From: Heteronotia binoei
Lineage: Eukaryota
Direction: 5' to 3'
Assembly: GCF_032191835.1 (NCBI RefSeq)
Contig: NC_083231.1
Location: forward strand, 126,418,001 to 126,482,000
DNA: 64,000 bases
Shown here piece by piece: positions 33,801-46,305 of this stretch. Positions within the stretch are counted from its first letter, which is position 1. Each line of letters opens with the position of its first letter. Under the pieces are notes generated by a model. That model saw nothing but the letters and a program-made list of their open reading frames with translations, made no database searches and had not been told where the DNA came from. The translations under genes were made by a program, and so were the position numbers.

Positions 33801-36800
33801 CAGTTCACACCCCATCAACTTGTATTTGTAGCTGGGATTCTTGGCCCCAATGTGCATTACTTTGCACTTGGCCACATTGAACCGCATCTGCCACGTTGAT
33901 GCCCACTCACCCAGCCTCAACAGATCCCTTTGGAGTTCCTCACAATCCTCTCTGGTTCTTACCACCCTGAACAATTTAGTGTCATCCGCAAACTTGGCCA
34001 CTTCACTGCTCACTCCCAACTCTAAATCATTTATGAACAAGTTAAAGAGCATGGGACCCAGTACGGAGCCCTGCGGCACCCCACTGCTTACCGTTCTCCA
34101 CTGTGAAGACTGCCCATTTATACTCACTCTCTGCTTCCTATTACTCAGCCAGTTTTTGATCCACAAGAGGACCTGTCCTTTTACTCCATGACTCTCAAGC
34201 TTTCTAAGGAGCCTTTGATGAGGAACTTTACCAAAAGCTTTCTGGAAGTCAAGGTAAACAACATCTATCGGGTCTCCTTTGTCCACATGTTTGTTCACCC
34301 CCTCAAAGAAATGTAACAGGTTAGTGAGGCAAGATCTTCCCTTACAGAACCCATGCTGAGTCTTCCTCACTAACCCGTGTTCATCAATGTGCCTACTCAT
34401 TCTGTTCTTGATAATGCTTTCTACCAACTTTCCCGGTATTGAAGTCAGACTGACTGGCCTGTAATTTCCCAGATCTCCTCTGGAACCCTTTTTAAAGATG
34501 GGGGTGACATTTGCTACCTTCCAGTCCTCAGGAACTGAGGCAGATTTCAATGAAAGATTACAGATTTTTGTTAGAAGATCCACAAGTTCAACTTTGAGTT
34601 CTTTCAGAACTCTCGGATGTATGTCATCCGGACCCGTTGACTTATTGTTTTTGGTTTTTGGCTTGGGAGGCCCTGGGGGGGGCAGAGTAGGGGAGAGGGA
34701 TGAGGCAGAGACCTGGCAGGGGGGGCACCCAAAATTCAGCTCTGCCCCCATCCAACCCCTAAGAGAGGGGGCACCCGGAGCCCTGGGGAACATCCAGGGC
34801 AGAGACGCGAGAGAAGTGTAGGACTGCCCCTGCCTGCCCTCCCCCTCCCTGGACTCACTCTCAGAACAGATGACCCCTGCAGCGAAGCGGGCCCCTCTCT
34901 TCTGGCAGTTAAGGGTGTCGTGGTGCGGGCAGTGCCCCAGCGTCATCTCTTGCCCCGTGCACTTCACGCCACTCAGCACCATCTCTGTCACGTTGCTGGC
35001 GTCCCAGTACCACGTTTCCTTGGAGAGACACCAGGCAGCCTGAGTGGGCCGGACCCCTCCCAGCCCCTCACCCTGCCCCAGCCGCACCCCCCAGCCATCC
35101 ACCTACCGTCACGGCATGCATGGCGTAGCCCAGGCCGAGCTGGCGACATGCCACCATGGCCTCCCTGGTGCTCCAGCCCGTGCTGCAAACTGTGCCCCAC
35201 CTCCCGGCGTGCTTCACCTCTATGCGCCCCTCAAAGGCCGTGCGGCCACCGACCAGCCGGATCTGTGGGGAAGCCCTGCAGGGAATGAGCGTGCTGCCTG
35301 CCCCCCACCCCATGGAAAGGCCTGGCTGCCATGCCCCCTTCAGCCCCAGGGAAAGCTCCAAGCTCAGCAGCGGGGCGGGGGGGGGAACGGGGGGGGAGGA
35401 GATGCAAGCCGTCCAGCCAGGAGCGAGAGAAGCCAGCCAGGGGGCCGAGAGCGGGTACCTACTTGCAAGCCTTGGCTGGCAAACCCCAGGCCCAGCTGCC
35501 GGCACACCACCAGGGCCTCCAGAGCCCCCCAGCCCTCGCCACAAACCAGGCCCCACTGGGAGGGGCTGCTGCTGCTCCCAGCCCCCAGCGCCACCTCCAC
35601 CCGCCCCTCAAAGCGGCTGCGGCCCCCGCTCAGGCGGATCTGTGGAGAGAGGGGGAGAGTCAAGGGCTCTGCAGCTCTGGCTCCCTTGGACGACTCCCCC
35701 CCCCCCCGCCATTCCTCCTGGTGTGGTCAGTTGCTATACCTCCCCCCCCCCTGTCTCTGGACTGAGCCCTCCACCCTTTGCTCAACAAAGGCCCCGAGTT
35801 CTTCCTAGCTGGGGGGGCACACGGGGGGACTACGTTGGGGGCAGATCTTGACCCCCGAGAGTATTTCAAGCACCTGCCTGTGCTTGGACCGCTCTCTCTC
35901 CCTCCCTCCGACAGCTGAGGCAGGAGGCGCTAGGGGGGAGGCAAGAGCAGGGGGGAGGGGACAGAGAGGATCTGCCCCCCCCCCCCGTGCAAACCTGATG
36001 CCCTGAGCGGTGATCTGAAGAAGCCTTAAGCAAGAATTGAAGCTCTCTGCCCCCCACTTCCTCAGCCCTCTTGTCTGTGCCAATCAGGGCCTTTGCCAAT
36101 CCAAGGGCAACAAGATCTGACACCAGCTGGGTCAAAGGGCCCTGAGCCAATGAGCTTCCCGCCCCCCCCCCCCGGGCATTGTAGCCTGAGAAAATGGCAC
36201 AGGCTGAAGCCACCCCCCCCCCCCGCCCATGCCACAGATGGGAGCCAAATGGGGCTCTGGAACACAGGTGCCCCCATGGCCCTTGGAGCCCTGCAGAGAG
36301 AAGACGAGAGCTGAGTGGTTCCAGATGCACCTGGGAGCTCCCAGCCCCACAGCAGTCCCCCCCCCCCCATCTGCTGTGCTATTTTACCAGAACGCTCTGC
36401 AAATCCCGTTCTCTGAATTCCCAGCTCTCGGTTTTCAAAAAGCAAGTCTCTAGCCCATTCTGTTGCAGAGATGTGGCTTTCCATTTATAGCAGCACAACA
36501 AAAGAGGCCAGAGAGGTTTTGCCTTCTAAATGAGAGCTGCGGAAGCAGAGAGACAGTTTGGACTGTGTGAAGATCCGGTAGGACTGGGGTGGTGCTGTTG
36601 GGGGCCCGAAGCTGGGAAGCCCACTCCCCTCTCCCCCGCATGGAGCAAGGGCAACAAACCCCTCCCCGCAGCCGATCCCAACCCAGTTCCTCCCAAGGGC
36701 CAGGCCTGCCTGGAGGTTTTAGCCGGCCAGTGTGGGAGCCACATGCTCCAAAGGGCCCTGGAAGCTGTCTTCTCCCACAAGCACTCTGGGCCTACTCCCC

Positions 36801-39800
36801 GCCCACCTGCTTTTGGCCTTGCCTGGAGAGTGAGCAGAAGGGGGGGGGCAGAAGCAGTGACGCTTTGTTGGGGGGGGCCTTTCTGCCTCCTCTCCTGCCT
36901 TTGGGCAGCAGGCCCCCCCTTCCCCGCTCTGTGCACAGGGGGCAGGGTGATCTCTTGCGGGAAGGGGGAGGTGGTAGCGAGAGGTCTGCAGGGGCCCCCT
37001 CCCCTAGCTAGGGCTTCTGCCTGCCTGCCTGGGTGCTGGGCTCCCTTGAGGGTGGCAAGTCCCTGGCTTAGAGGGCCGCAGCAGGCCAGAGGGGGCGGGG
37101 GCAGGTCGGGCTCCTGGCCAGAGCTGGGGGCGGCCCGGCTAACCGTGGTCTCGTAGCCCATGTAGGGGACGTTGCAGCGGACGCCGGCATCCTCCGAGTG
37201 CTTGCAGCCCTCCTGGGTGAGGTTCTTGTGTGGGCAGCTCCACAGTGACTTCTCGGAGCCTGTGCAGCGCACCTCGTTCATGTGGATGGGGCCCATTCCT
37301 GCCAGAGAGGAGAAGGAGCTCATTCATGCCCTCGGGCTCCATCACACCTGCCCAGCTGCCAAGCCCCACCCATAGGAGCTGCCCTGCAGGGAACCAGAGC
37401 GGGGCTCCATCTGGGTCAGCCCTGACTCCGCAGGCAGGGAAAGGCCTCCCACGTCCCCTCCTGCCTGCCTGAGTGTAGGACTTCCTGCAGACCCAGCCGA
37501 AGGGCTGCCACCCCTGAGCCACCAGGGCCCCCCCAGGAGCGAAATGCAGCGGCCCTCTTTTATAACCTGGGGGTGGGACCCCATCCACAGGGGAGCCTAA
37601 AGAGCTCCTGGCTGAGCCCAGATGGAGGGTGGGGCTGGTGGGTGCCATCCAGACTCACCTTGGCCCATGCGTGCCCCTGTCAGGGCCTCCTTGGCACTGC
37701 CAAAGCCCAGCTCCCGGCAAACTACGCTGGCCGACACCAGGTTCCAGCGGTCGTCACAGATGGTGCCCCATTCGCTGTGCCGGAGCACCTCCACCCGCCC
37801 TTCGCCGGCCCTGGCCCCGCCCTTCAGCCGGAGGCGCATCTGTGGGGAATGCCAGGCAGCTCAGAGCGGGCGAGAGACAGCCTGCAGCCCCCCACCTGCC
37901 CTGGGAAGGCTTCCCTCGTGTGGCCTCTCAAGTCAATAGCTTAGCAACCTGCCATACGATAAGGCAAGAGTGATGGTGGCTCACAGGATATTAGATAGTG
38001 CCAGACAAACGGACTTAACTAACTCACAAAAATGGTGCACCTTTATAGCGCTGTTTCATAGGTTTTCTCCCATGCTATATCTGTTTCCCCTAGAAAGCCC
38101 TGAATGCAGCAGAATATTCTCCCTTTTGAGGTGGGACGGCCTCCCTTCTGCAATTAGAGGGCAGCTGCAGGAAAATCCCCTATGAAGCTCGTAGATGCCC
38201 TTGCTGTCATGACGGCAGAGAGTCACTAGTTCACGGCTTTCATGACTGCAAGGGGCACAGGAAGCACGGGGAATCCCTCCTGCCGTCAAAAATATGCCAA
38301 CTAAAAGAACTCCTGGAGGGCAAATATCCTGCAGTTACTCTTAAAATAGCTACATTTGGTTGGTTTGGCTTTAGGACGGGAAAATCACTAGTAGCCTAAA
38401 ATGCTGGAGTATGCTTGTTTTAACAGCCATTTCTGGGTTTTTCCCCAATTTTTATAATGTTATAATACTTTTATAACGTTTTACAGATAGTTCTTATGGA
38501 TATGTATAGTCATCCCTTTTGTTTAAGATGCTGGCTTTTGCCATCTCCTCACCTGCCCAGGCTGCTGCTTCTGCTGCCGCTTCTTCTTCTGGCCGCCACT
38601 TGCCATAAAGAGGGGCCCGGGGACGCAGCCCACCACTGCCGGCATCCCGCCCTTGCACACCCCGGTGGCGTTGCTGCGGTAGAACTCGAAGGAGCAGAGA
38701 GAGAGGTGGACCTCGTTCCCCAGGCAGGAGACCGAGTGCAGCCGGTAGCTGGGGGGGTGTCGCTGCGTGGAGAGCCTGCAAGGGGGGGGCGGTCAGTGCC
38801 AGGGGGAGGCGAGGGGTGCAGCAGAAGGGGACACTGCCTCTGAGCTGCTCTTTGGGCTGAGGGGGCCATTCTCACTGCCCCCCCCCCCCCCAATATCACT
38901 GTCATGGCGAAAGGGAGGCATTTCCGGGGCGGAAGGGGGAGAGTGCTCCTCTCAGCCCAGAGAACATCTCAGCCCCAGCCTTGTGAGCCCTAACAGAGTC
39001 CGGTGCTGTGCTGCCCCCCCCCCCCCCGCAAAAGCTGCCTCTCCTCCCTCACAGAAGAGCTCCCAGCTGCCCTTGAATGAACGCAGCGGCCTCTGGATCC
39101 TCCAGGCTGGGGGGGGGGTGCCCGCATTACCTCTTGGGGCCCCTAAAGGCCTCCCTGCGTCTCTGCTTGGGCCGAGGAGCCCTGGAAAACAGAAGAGAAC
39201 AGTGAAGGGGCCCGCCGATGGCCAGGCCCACCCCCCAGAGCCCCCCCCTGCAGCAGGTCTGAAGCAAGCTCTGCAACCCCCCCCCCCCCCCGTGGTCCCA
39301 AAGGCCTCCCTTTAGCTGCCTTCACCTGGGCAGGGGAGCAGGAACACCCCCTGCTTGGATTAGACCCAGACCCCCCCTTCACCCTCCCCCCCCCACGGCC
39401 TGCTGTTTCCAGCACAGCCAACCCCCCCCCCCCCGGGGGCTCTGAGGAGGGCGGGTGGAGGCCAGCTCTGGGTCTTCCACAGCAGGGGCTCTGGGCTTGC
39501 AGGGAGCCTCTCCGTGGCTCTGGCCTCACTGAGCTGTTCCCCCTGCTTCTGTCTCAAGAAGGCCTGGCCCTGGGGTAACCCCCCTCCCGCCCCCGCAGGA
39601 CCCTCCAGGCTAGGCAAGCAGATGCTGCCTCTGCATCAGAAAAGGCCCGGGGGGGGGGGGGGGGGCGGCCTGTGCACCTGAGCCAGATCTGACCATCACG
39701 GCAATTGTCAAGAACAACAACATTCCCCAAAGGGCCTCGGCCAGAGCCGCAAGGCATGTCAGGGCCACACGGGCTGTCCTGGGGGGGGGGCAGTCCTTTC

Positions 39801-42800
39801 AGCCACCTGATGAGCACAACAGGGAGTTGGTCTTGGCAGTGCCAGCTGTGCCAATGCAAGCTCTACGTGAGGGTGGTGCCCTGAACCCTGATGCCAGTCC
39901 TTGGCCCAGCTGCTGCATCTAAAGACTTAAGAATGGAAAAAGACTCCTTCAGGGAACGGAAAGAAGGCCTTATCGCCAAGGAGGGATACAAACAAATCAC
40001 CAGTGCTTGTAGAGAAAGAGTTAGGAAAGCTAAAGGTCAGGGTGAACTTAGGCTGGCCAAAGATGCTAAAAACAACAGAAAAGGGTTCTTTCTTTGTGTT
40101 CAAAGTAAAAACAAGAGCAAGGACATGGTCGGCCCCTTGCAGGGACAGGAAAGTAAAATTGTAGCAGGTGATGAAGAGGGCGGAACTGCTCAAGACCTAC
40201 TTTTCCTCAGTCTTCTCTTTTGAGGGAAATGGTGCTCAACATGTACATCGCCTAGAGCTCGGCAACAGCCAGGATGAAGCAATTTATAAATTTAATAAAT
40301 AATAATATATAATAATAAAAACAGAACATATAATCAGGGTCGGGAATTGCAACCTAGTATCAGCATAGAGGTAATACATAAACACCGAGTTTCTTTAAAT
40401 GAAGCTAAGTCCTCAGGGCCAGATGAACTGGGCTAAAAGAACTTGTGGATGTAATTTATGAGCCTCTGGCCATTATTTTGAGAATTCTTGGAGAACAGGT
40501 GAGGGGCTGGAAGATTGGAGGTGGGCAAATGCTGTCCCCATCTTCAAAAAGGGGGAAAAGGAGGATCCGGGTAACTACCAACTTATCAGCTTGACATCTA
40601 TATCTGGAAAAGGTTTAGAACAAATCATCAAACAGTCGGTCCTGGAACATTTAGGAAGAATGAATGTGATTTCTAAGAGCCAGCATGGGTTTCTCAAGAA
40701 CAAGTCATGTCAGACTAGCCTTATCTCTTTTTTGGAGAAAGTTACTAACTTGATTTCAGTAAGGCTTTTGATACATACTATCCTTGTTGACAAGTTGGTA
40801 AAATGTGGTTTGGATCCTGTTATTGTTCGGTGGATCTGTAACTGGTTGACAGATCGCACCCAAAGAGTGCTTGTGAATGGTTCCTCATCCTCTTGGAGAG
40901 GAGTGGCAAGTGGAGTGCCTCAAGGATCTGTCCTGGGACCTCTTTTGTTCAACATCTTCATAAATGATTTGGATGAAGGCATAGATGGAATGTTTTTAAA
41001 TCTACAGATACTAAATTGGGAGGTGTTACAAGTACAAAAGAAGACAGAAACAGGATACAGGATGATCTTGACAGGTTGGAATACTGGGCTAAAACCAATA
41101 AAATGAATTTTAACAGGAATAAATGTAAAGTTCATTTAGGTACAAAAAATCCAATGCATATTTATAGCTTGGGGGAGACTTGTCTGGGCAGTAGTGTGTG
41201 CAAAAAGGATCTATGGGTCTTAGTGGACCATATGCTGAACATGAGTCAACAACCTGGAGAGGAGGCTGCTGAGAGGTGATATGATCACCATTTTCAACTA
41301 CTGGAAGGACTGTCATCTAGAGGATGGGGTGGAATTGTTTTCTGTGGCCCCAGAAGGTTGGTCCACAACCAGTGGGTTGAAGTTAGATCAGAAGATTTTC
41401 TGGCTCAACATTAGGAAGAACTTCCTGACAGTTAGAGCGGTTCCTCAGTGGAACAGGGTTCCTCCTTGGGAGGTGGTTATATGGGCATCTGACAGCATTG
41501 CTGATCCTGTGAGCTTAGATCAGGTATTTGTGAATTTTCTGTATTGTGCAGGGGTAAGGTTACCAATCTCCAGGTGGGGGCAGGGGATCCCCCAGTTTGG
41601 AGGCCCTCCCCCCACTTCAGGGTCATCAGAAGGTGGAAATATTGGAAGGTAAAGGGGCATTTCGTGATTTTTGACAATAACTGAAGCTTTGTGGAATAAT
41701 GGACTAAATCCTATTAAGAAATAATTTCCTTTTGTTTTGTTTTTTTGATAAAGGTGAAAGGATAAGAATGAAGATGGACATATAGGGTTTGACTTCTCTT
41801 ATACTCATTCTTCTTTTTTCTTTTTTATTGGGATAAGGCTTTAATATGGAGATTCTTGGTTTGATAAAATTGTCTTGCATTTTTACCAATTTAAGTAAAC
41901 ACCGGCGGGGGTCATAAAAAGGGGGGAGAGGAGGAGGGGGGGAAGTGTAATGTACTGGTATAAATTTGTATTGATTATTTTATTTCTTTAAGAATATTAT
42001 AACAATATATTGCAAATTAATAAAATTGTTTTACACACAAGGAAGTGGGGAAGGGGGGAGGGAAATGTTTGCTGGGCACTCCATTATTCTCTATGGAGAC
42101 CAATTCCCATAGGATATAATGGAGAATTGATCCATGGATATCTGGGGCTCTGGGGGGGCTGTTGTTTGAGGTAGATGCAGCAAATATGCAACATAGCATC
42201 CTATGCCTCTCCTCAAACCACCCACCAAGTTTCAAAAGGATTGGACTAGAGGGTCAAGTTCTATGAAGAAGAAGAAGAAGAAGAAGATATTGGATTTCTA
42301 TCCCGCCCTCCACTCCGAAGAGTCTCAGAGCGGCTCACAATCTCCTTTCCCTTCCTCCCCCACAACAGACACCCTGTGAGGTGGGTGGGGCTGGAGAGGG
42401 CTCTCACAGCAGCTGCCCTTTCAAGGACAACCTCTGCCAGAGCTATGGCTGACCCAAGGCCATTCCAGCAGGTGCAAGTGGAGGAGTGGGGAATCAAACC
42501 TGGTTCTTCCAGATAAGAGTCCGCACACTTAACCATTACACCAAACTGGCTCTCCTATGAGCCCCAAAATGGAGGGAATGTAATGTAACGGCAAGACCTC
42601 CCTTTGGAGTTCAAATATGCCTGTCAGAACCTTGCTCCTGGCTCCACCCCCAAAGTTCCCAGATGCTTCCTGGCAGCCCTGTTCAGGGGGCTTGGACCAG
42701 ATGACGCTGGGGGGCCCTTCAACTCTGTGATTTTATGATTTCATCAGCCCCTGTCCAGCCCAGAAGCCCCCAGAGAGGCACAGGGGCCATTCAAACCCAT

Positions 42801-45800
42801 CCTAGCCCCCAAGCCTTGGCTTTTAGTGTTGGCTGTCATTTTTGTGGGCAGCCTTGCAGCTACCCGTGGCGCAGTGGTAAAACTGCAGTCCTAAGCTCTG
42901 CTCATGACCTGAGTTCGATCCCGGCGGAAGCTGGGTTCAGGTAGCCGGCTCAGGTTGACTCAGCCTTCCATCCTTCCGAGGTCGGTCAAAGGAGTCCCCA
43001 GCTTGCTGGGGGAAAGCGTAGATGACTGGGGAAGGCAATGGCAACCACCCCGTAAAAAGTCTGCCGTGAAAACGTTGTGAAAGCAGCATCACCCCAGAGT
43101 CGAAAATGACTGGTGCTTGCAGAGGGGACCTTGCAGCTACTAGTGGGTGGAAAGCCCGAGGGGGCCTGTGTTACCCCTGACGGCCTCCTCTCTGCCTCCG
43201 CGAACTGGGCTCCCTCGGAGTGTGCAAGCTGCCTAGGCCAGTTGGTGGCTGTGCCCAGCTCTCATGGGGAAGCACAGAAAGGACTTCCTTTTTCCCCTCT
43301 GGCACCACCTGCTCTATGATTTCACCATGTCTAGAAAACCCCTCTGACTGCTCCAGAGGCGAGGAAGCCCTCACGCCTGAGCCACGTGTGTGCGAGGAAG
43401 TGCAAACCATAACTCCACCCCCCCACACAAATGCCTTTCCTCAGCAGGAAAAGAGGCCACAAAGCCCCCCCCCCCACCTCCCCCTCTTCCTGGCGGGCCA
43501 AGGCCAGGCCCGTCTCCACAGCCAGTGCAGCCAGTGAGGAGGAGGAGGAGGGGCCTGCTGGTGAGTCATCCCCTGGAAAGGCTGGGCACACAGGGGGAGC
43601 TTTGTCCCCAGGCTCTTTCCAGACTCCCATTCATGTCTCTCCAGTCCTCCTCGTGGCTACCCTCTGCCCCTCTCCGTGCCACAGTCCTGGAAGGCCAGGA
43701 AAGGAGGGCAAGCAAGGCCCTGCCACTGCCCCCTCCCCTCCCCTGCTTGCTCTTCCTTCCTTGCTCGACCTTTGAGCTGCCTGGGGAGAGCTTTGCCTGC
43801 TGCCCTGGCCCCTGCTCTATGGCCTGGCCTCTTCCTCCTCCTCCTCCTCCTCCCTGCTGCCTGCCTGTGCAGAAGCAGCCCCCTCCCCTCCCCCCCCCCC
43901 CCCCGCAGGGGAGCAAGGCTAAGGAGAGCCTGCTGGCCTCAGACAAGCAGCCCCTCCCTCCTGCTGGCCCCTCAGCAAGGCCAAGGGTGGGCAGGAAAAA
44001 GAGCCCCTCGAAACAGACCCCCCCTTTCCAGAAACCTGCAGGCCTTGGCCCCTCCTCCTCCCCCAGGGCAGGAGGGCACCGGAAGGGAGAAAGGTCTCCC
44101 CCTCCCCGCAGCTGGGCGCTGGGATTGGGAGGGCTGAGAGGCCAGCAGGCGCCCCCCGGAACGATCCCAAGCAGGTCAGGGTGCCCCAGACTTCCGGGAT
44201 GAACCTCGTGCCCTCCAAGCCCAAAGGGAGCCAGAAAGCCAGCCAGTGCAGGGGGTCCTTCTGCTTGGGAGAGAGGTTCATCCCCACCCCCCCGCTCACG
44301 GCCGGATTCCCAGCCACTCAATCCAGCCGGGATGGGCCTGCCACCCGCTGCGTAGCCGGGTCCCATCCCGCAGGGAAGCCTCGGGGCTGCACGACCCCGC
44401 AGGGCCCGTTACCTCCTGCCACCGAGGCCTGCCTTCCTCGGGCCCTTGGCCGCCTTGGCCACTCGCCTGAACCGCCTGCTGGGGAGGCAAAGGCAGCGGC
44501 AGCAGCAGCCGCCTCTTAGTGGGGAGGGAAAGGCCAGGAGCCCCCAGACCAGTCAGCTCTCCCTGCCCTACAGGCTGGGCCTCCCGCCCTGTGGGCCAGA
44601 TGTGTGCAGGGAGCGGCATGCTCTGAACAGGCCCTCCCCTCCAGGGCCCCCTTTGCCCTGCTGCAGAAATGCCTTCGCAGCGACAGAGAAGTCGGCCCAA
44701 AGGGAGAAGCAGCAGCTCCTGAGGCTGGGCTGGTGCAGCGGCTGCTGGATGGCAGAAGGGCCTGAGCTCCGACAGGGCCCTCCCCTCCCCACCCCCACCC
44801 CGAGGCTGACCCAGCAGGCCAGGACTCACCGGTAGAAATTCCGGTTGACTTTCTTCTCAGCAGGGAAGCCCAGCATGCCACAGACGACCCGGCTGTTCTG
44901 GCTGCTCCAGCTCTCGTCACAAATCTGGGCCCAGCTGTTTTTGTAGCGGACTTCCACGATGCCCTCTGTCACCGGCAGCGGCCGCTTGGCGTGGGAGACA
45001 ACTGGGCGCAGCCGGAGCTCTTCCACCTGGTTCTGCTCTGTCTGGGGAGAGGGGCAAGTATCAGCCCCCCAGCAGCCACTTTGGCCCTCCCTGCAGGGGC
45101 CACCCACAATCCACGTTGTGGGGGGAGCAGGCTGGCAGGAATTCTCTCTGCTCCAGGAAGCAAGATCCAGAGCAAGCCTCTAGTCTGCACTGGACAGCAA
45201 CCACACAATGCTGCCCCGCCCTCCCCACAGACCCCATGTACCCACGGCTTTGTGGGGCAAATTGGTAAGAGGGTGTGCCAGGAGTCCAAGGCAGGCTGGA
45301 AGCTTCCTGGCTCTCCTCCAGTGCTCTTTGCAAGGCCCTGAGTGCGAAGGGACATATCAGAGGCTGCAAGCAATCCGGAGGGATTTGTGGGGCAGCTGGG
45401 CAATGTGGAGCCCTTCGGGAGGGCTTGGGGCACAGGGGACAAGGACCTCTTGGGAGAAAACCACTCAGAAAGGGGTTGTAGCTACTGGGAGGCTTTCAGG
45501 AGGACTTAGGGCTCCAGGGACGAGGCCCTCTTGTGAGAAAACCACTCAGAAAGGGGTTGTAGCTACTGGGAGGGATTTTGGGAGGGCTTGGGGCACAGGG
45601 GATGAGGCCCTCTTGTGAGAAAACCACTCAGAAAGGGGTTGTAGCTACTGGGAGGCTTTCGGGAGGACTTAGGGCTCCAGGGACGAGGCCCTCTTGTGAG
45701 AAAACCACTCAGAAAGGGGTTGTAGCTACTGGGAGGGATTTTGGGAGGGCTTGGGGCTCTGGTGACGAGGCCCTCTTGTGAGAAAACCACTCAGAAAGAG

Positions 45801-46253
45801 GTTGTACCTACTGGGAGGGATTTTGGGAGGGCTTGGGGCACAGGGGATGAGGCCCTCTTGTGAGAAAACCACTCAGAAAGGGGTTGTAGCTACTGGGAGG
45901 CTTTCGGGAGGACTTGGAGCTCCAGGGATGAGGACCTCTTGTGAGAAAACCACTCAGAAAGGGGTTGGAGATACTGGGAGGGATTTCGGGAGGGCTTGGG
46001 GCTCCAGGGACGAGGCCCTCTTGTGAGAAAACCACTCAGAAAGGGGTTGTAGCTACTGGGAGGGATTATGGGAGGGCTTGGGGCTCCAGGGACGAGGCCC
46101 TCTTGTGAGAAAACCACTCAGAAAGGGGCTGTAGCTACTGGGAGGGATTTCGGGAGGGCTTGGGGCTCCAGCGACATAAGAACATAAGAGAAGCCATGTT
46201 AGATCAGGCCAATGGCCCATCCAGTCCAACATTCTGTGTCACAAAGCGGCCAA

Positions 46254-46305
<52 letters not shown>

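Noticed and set aside
37945-38525. AT-rich block next to the LOXL3 exon 5 donor, possibly a transposon or ncRNA
   Set aside because: I found no TIRs, TSD, ORF or snoRNA box pattern, so it cannot be classified without a search.
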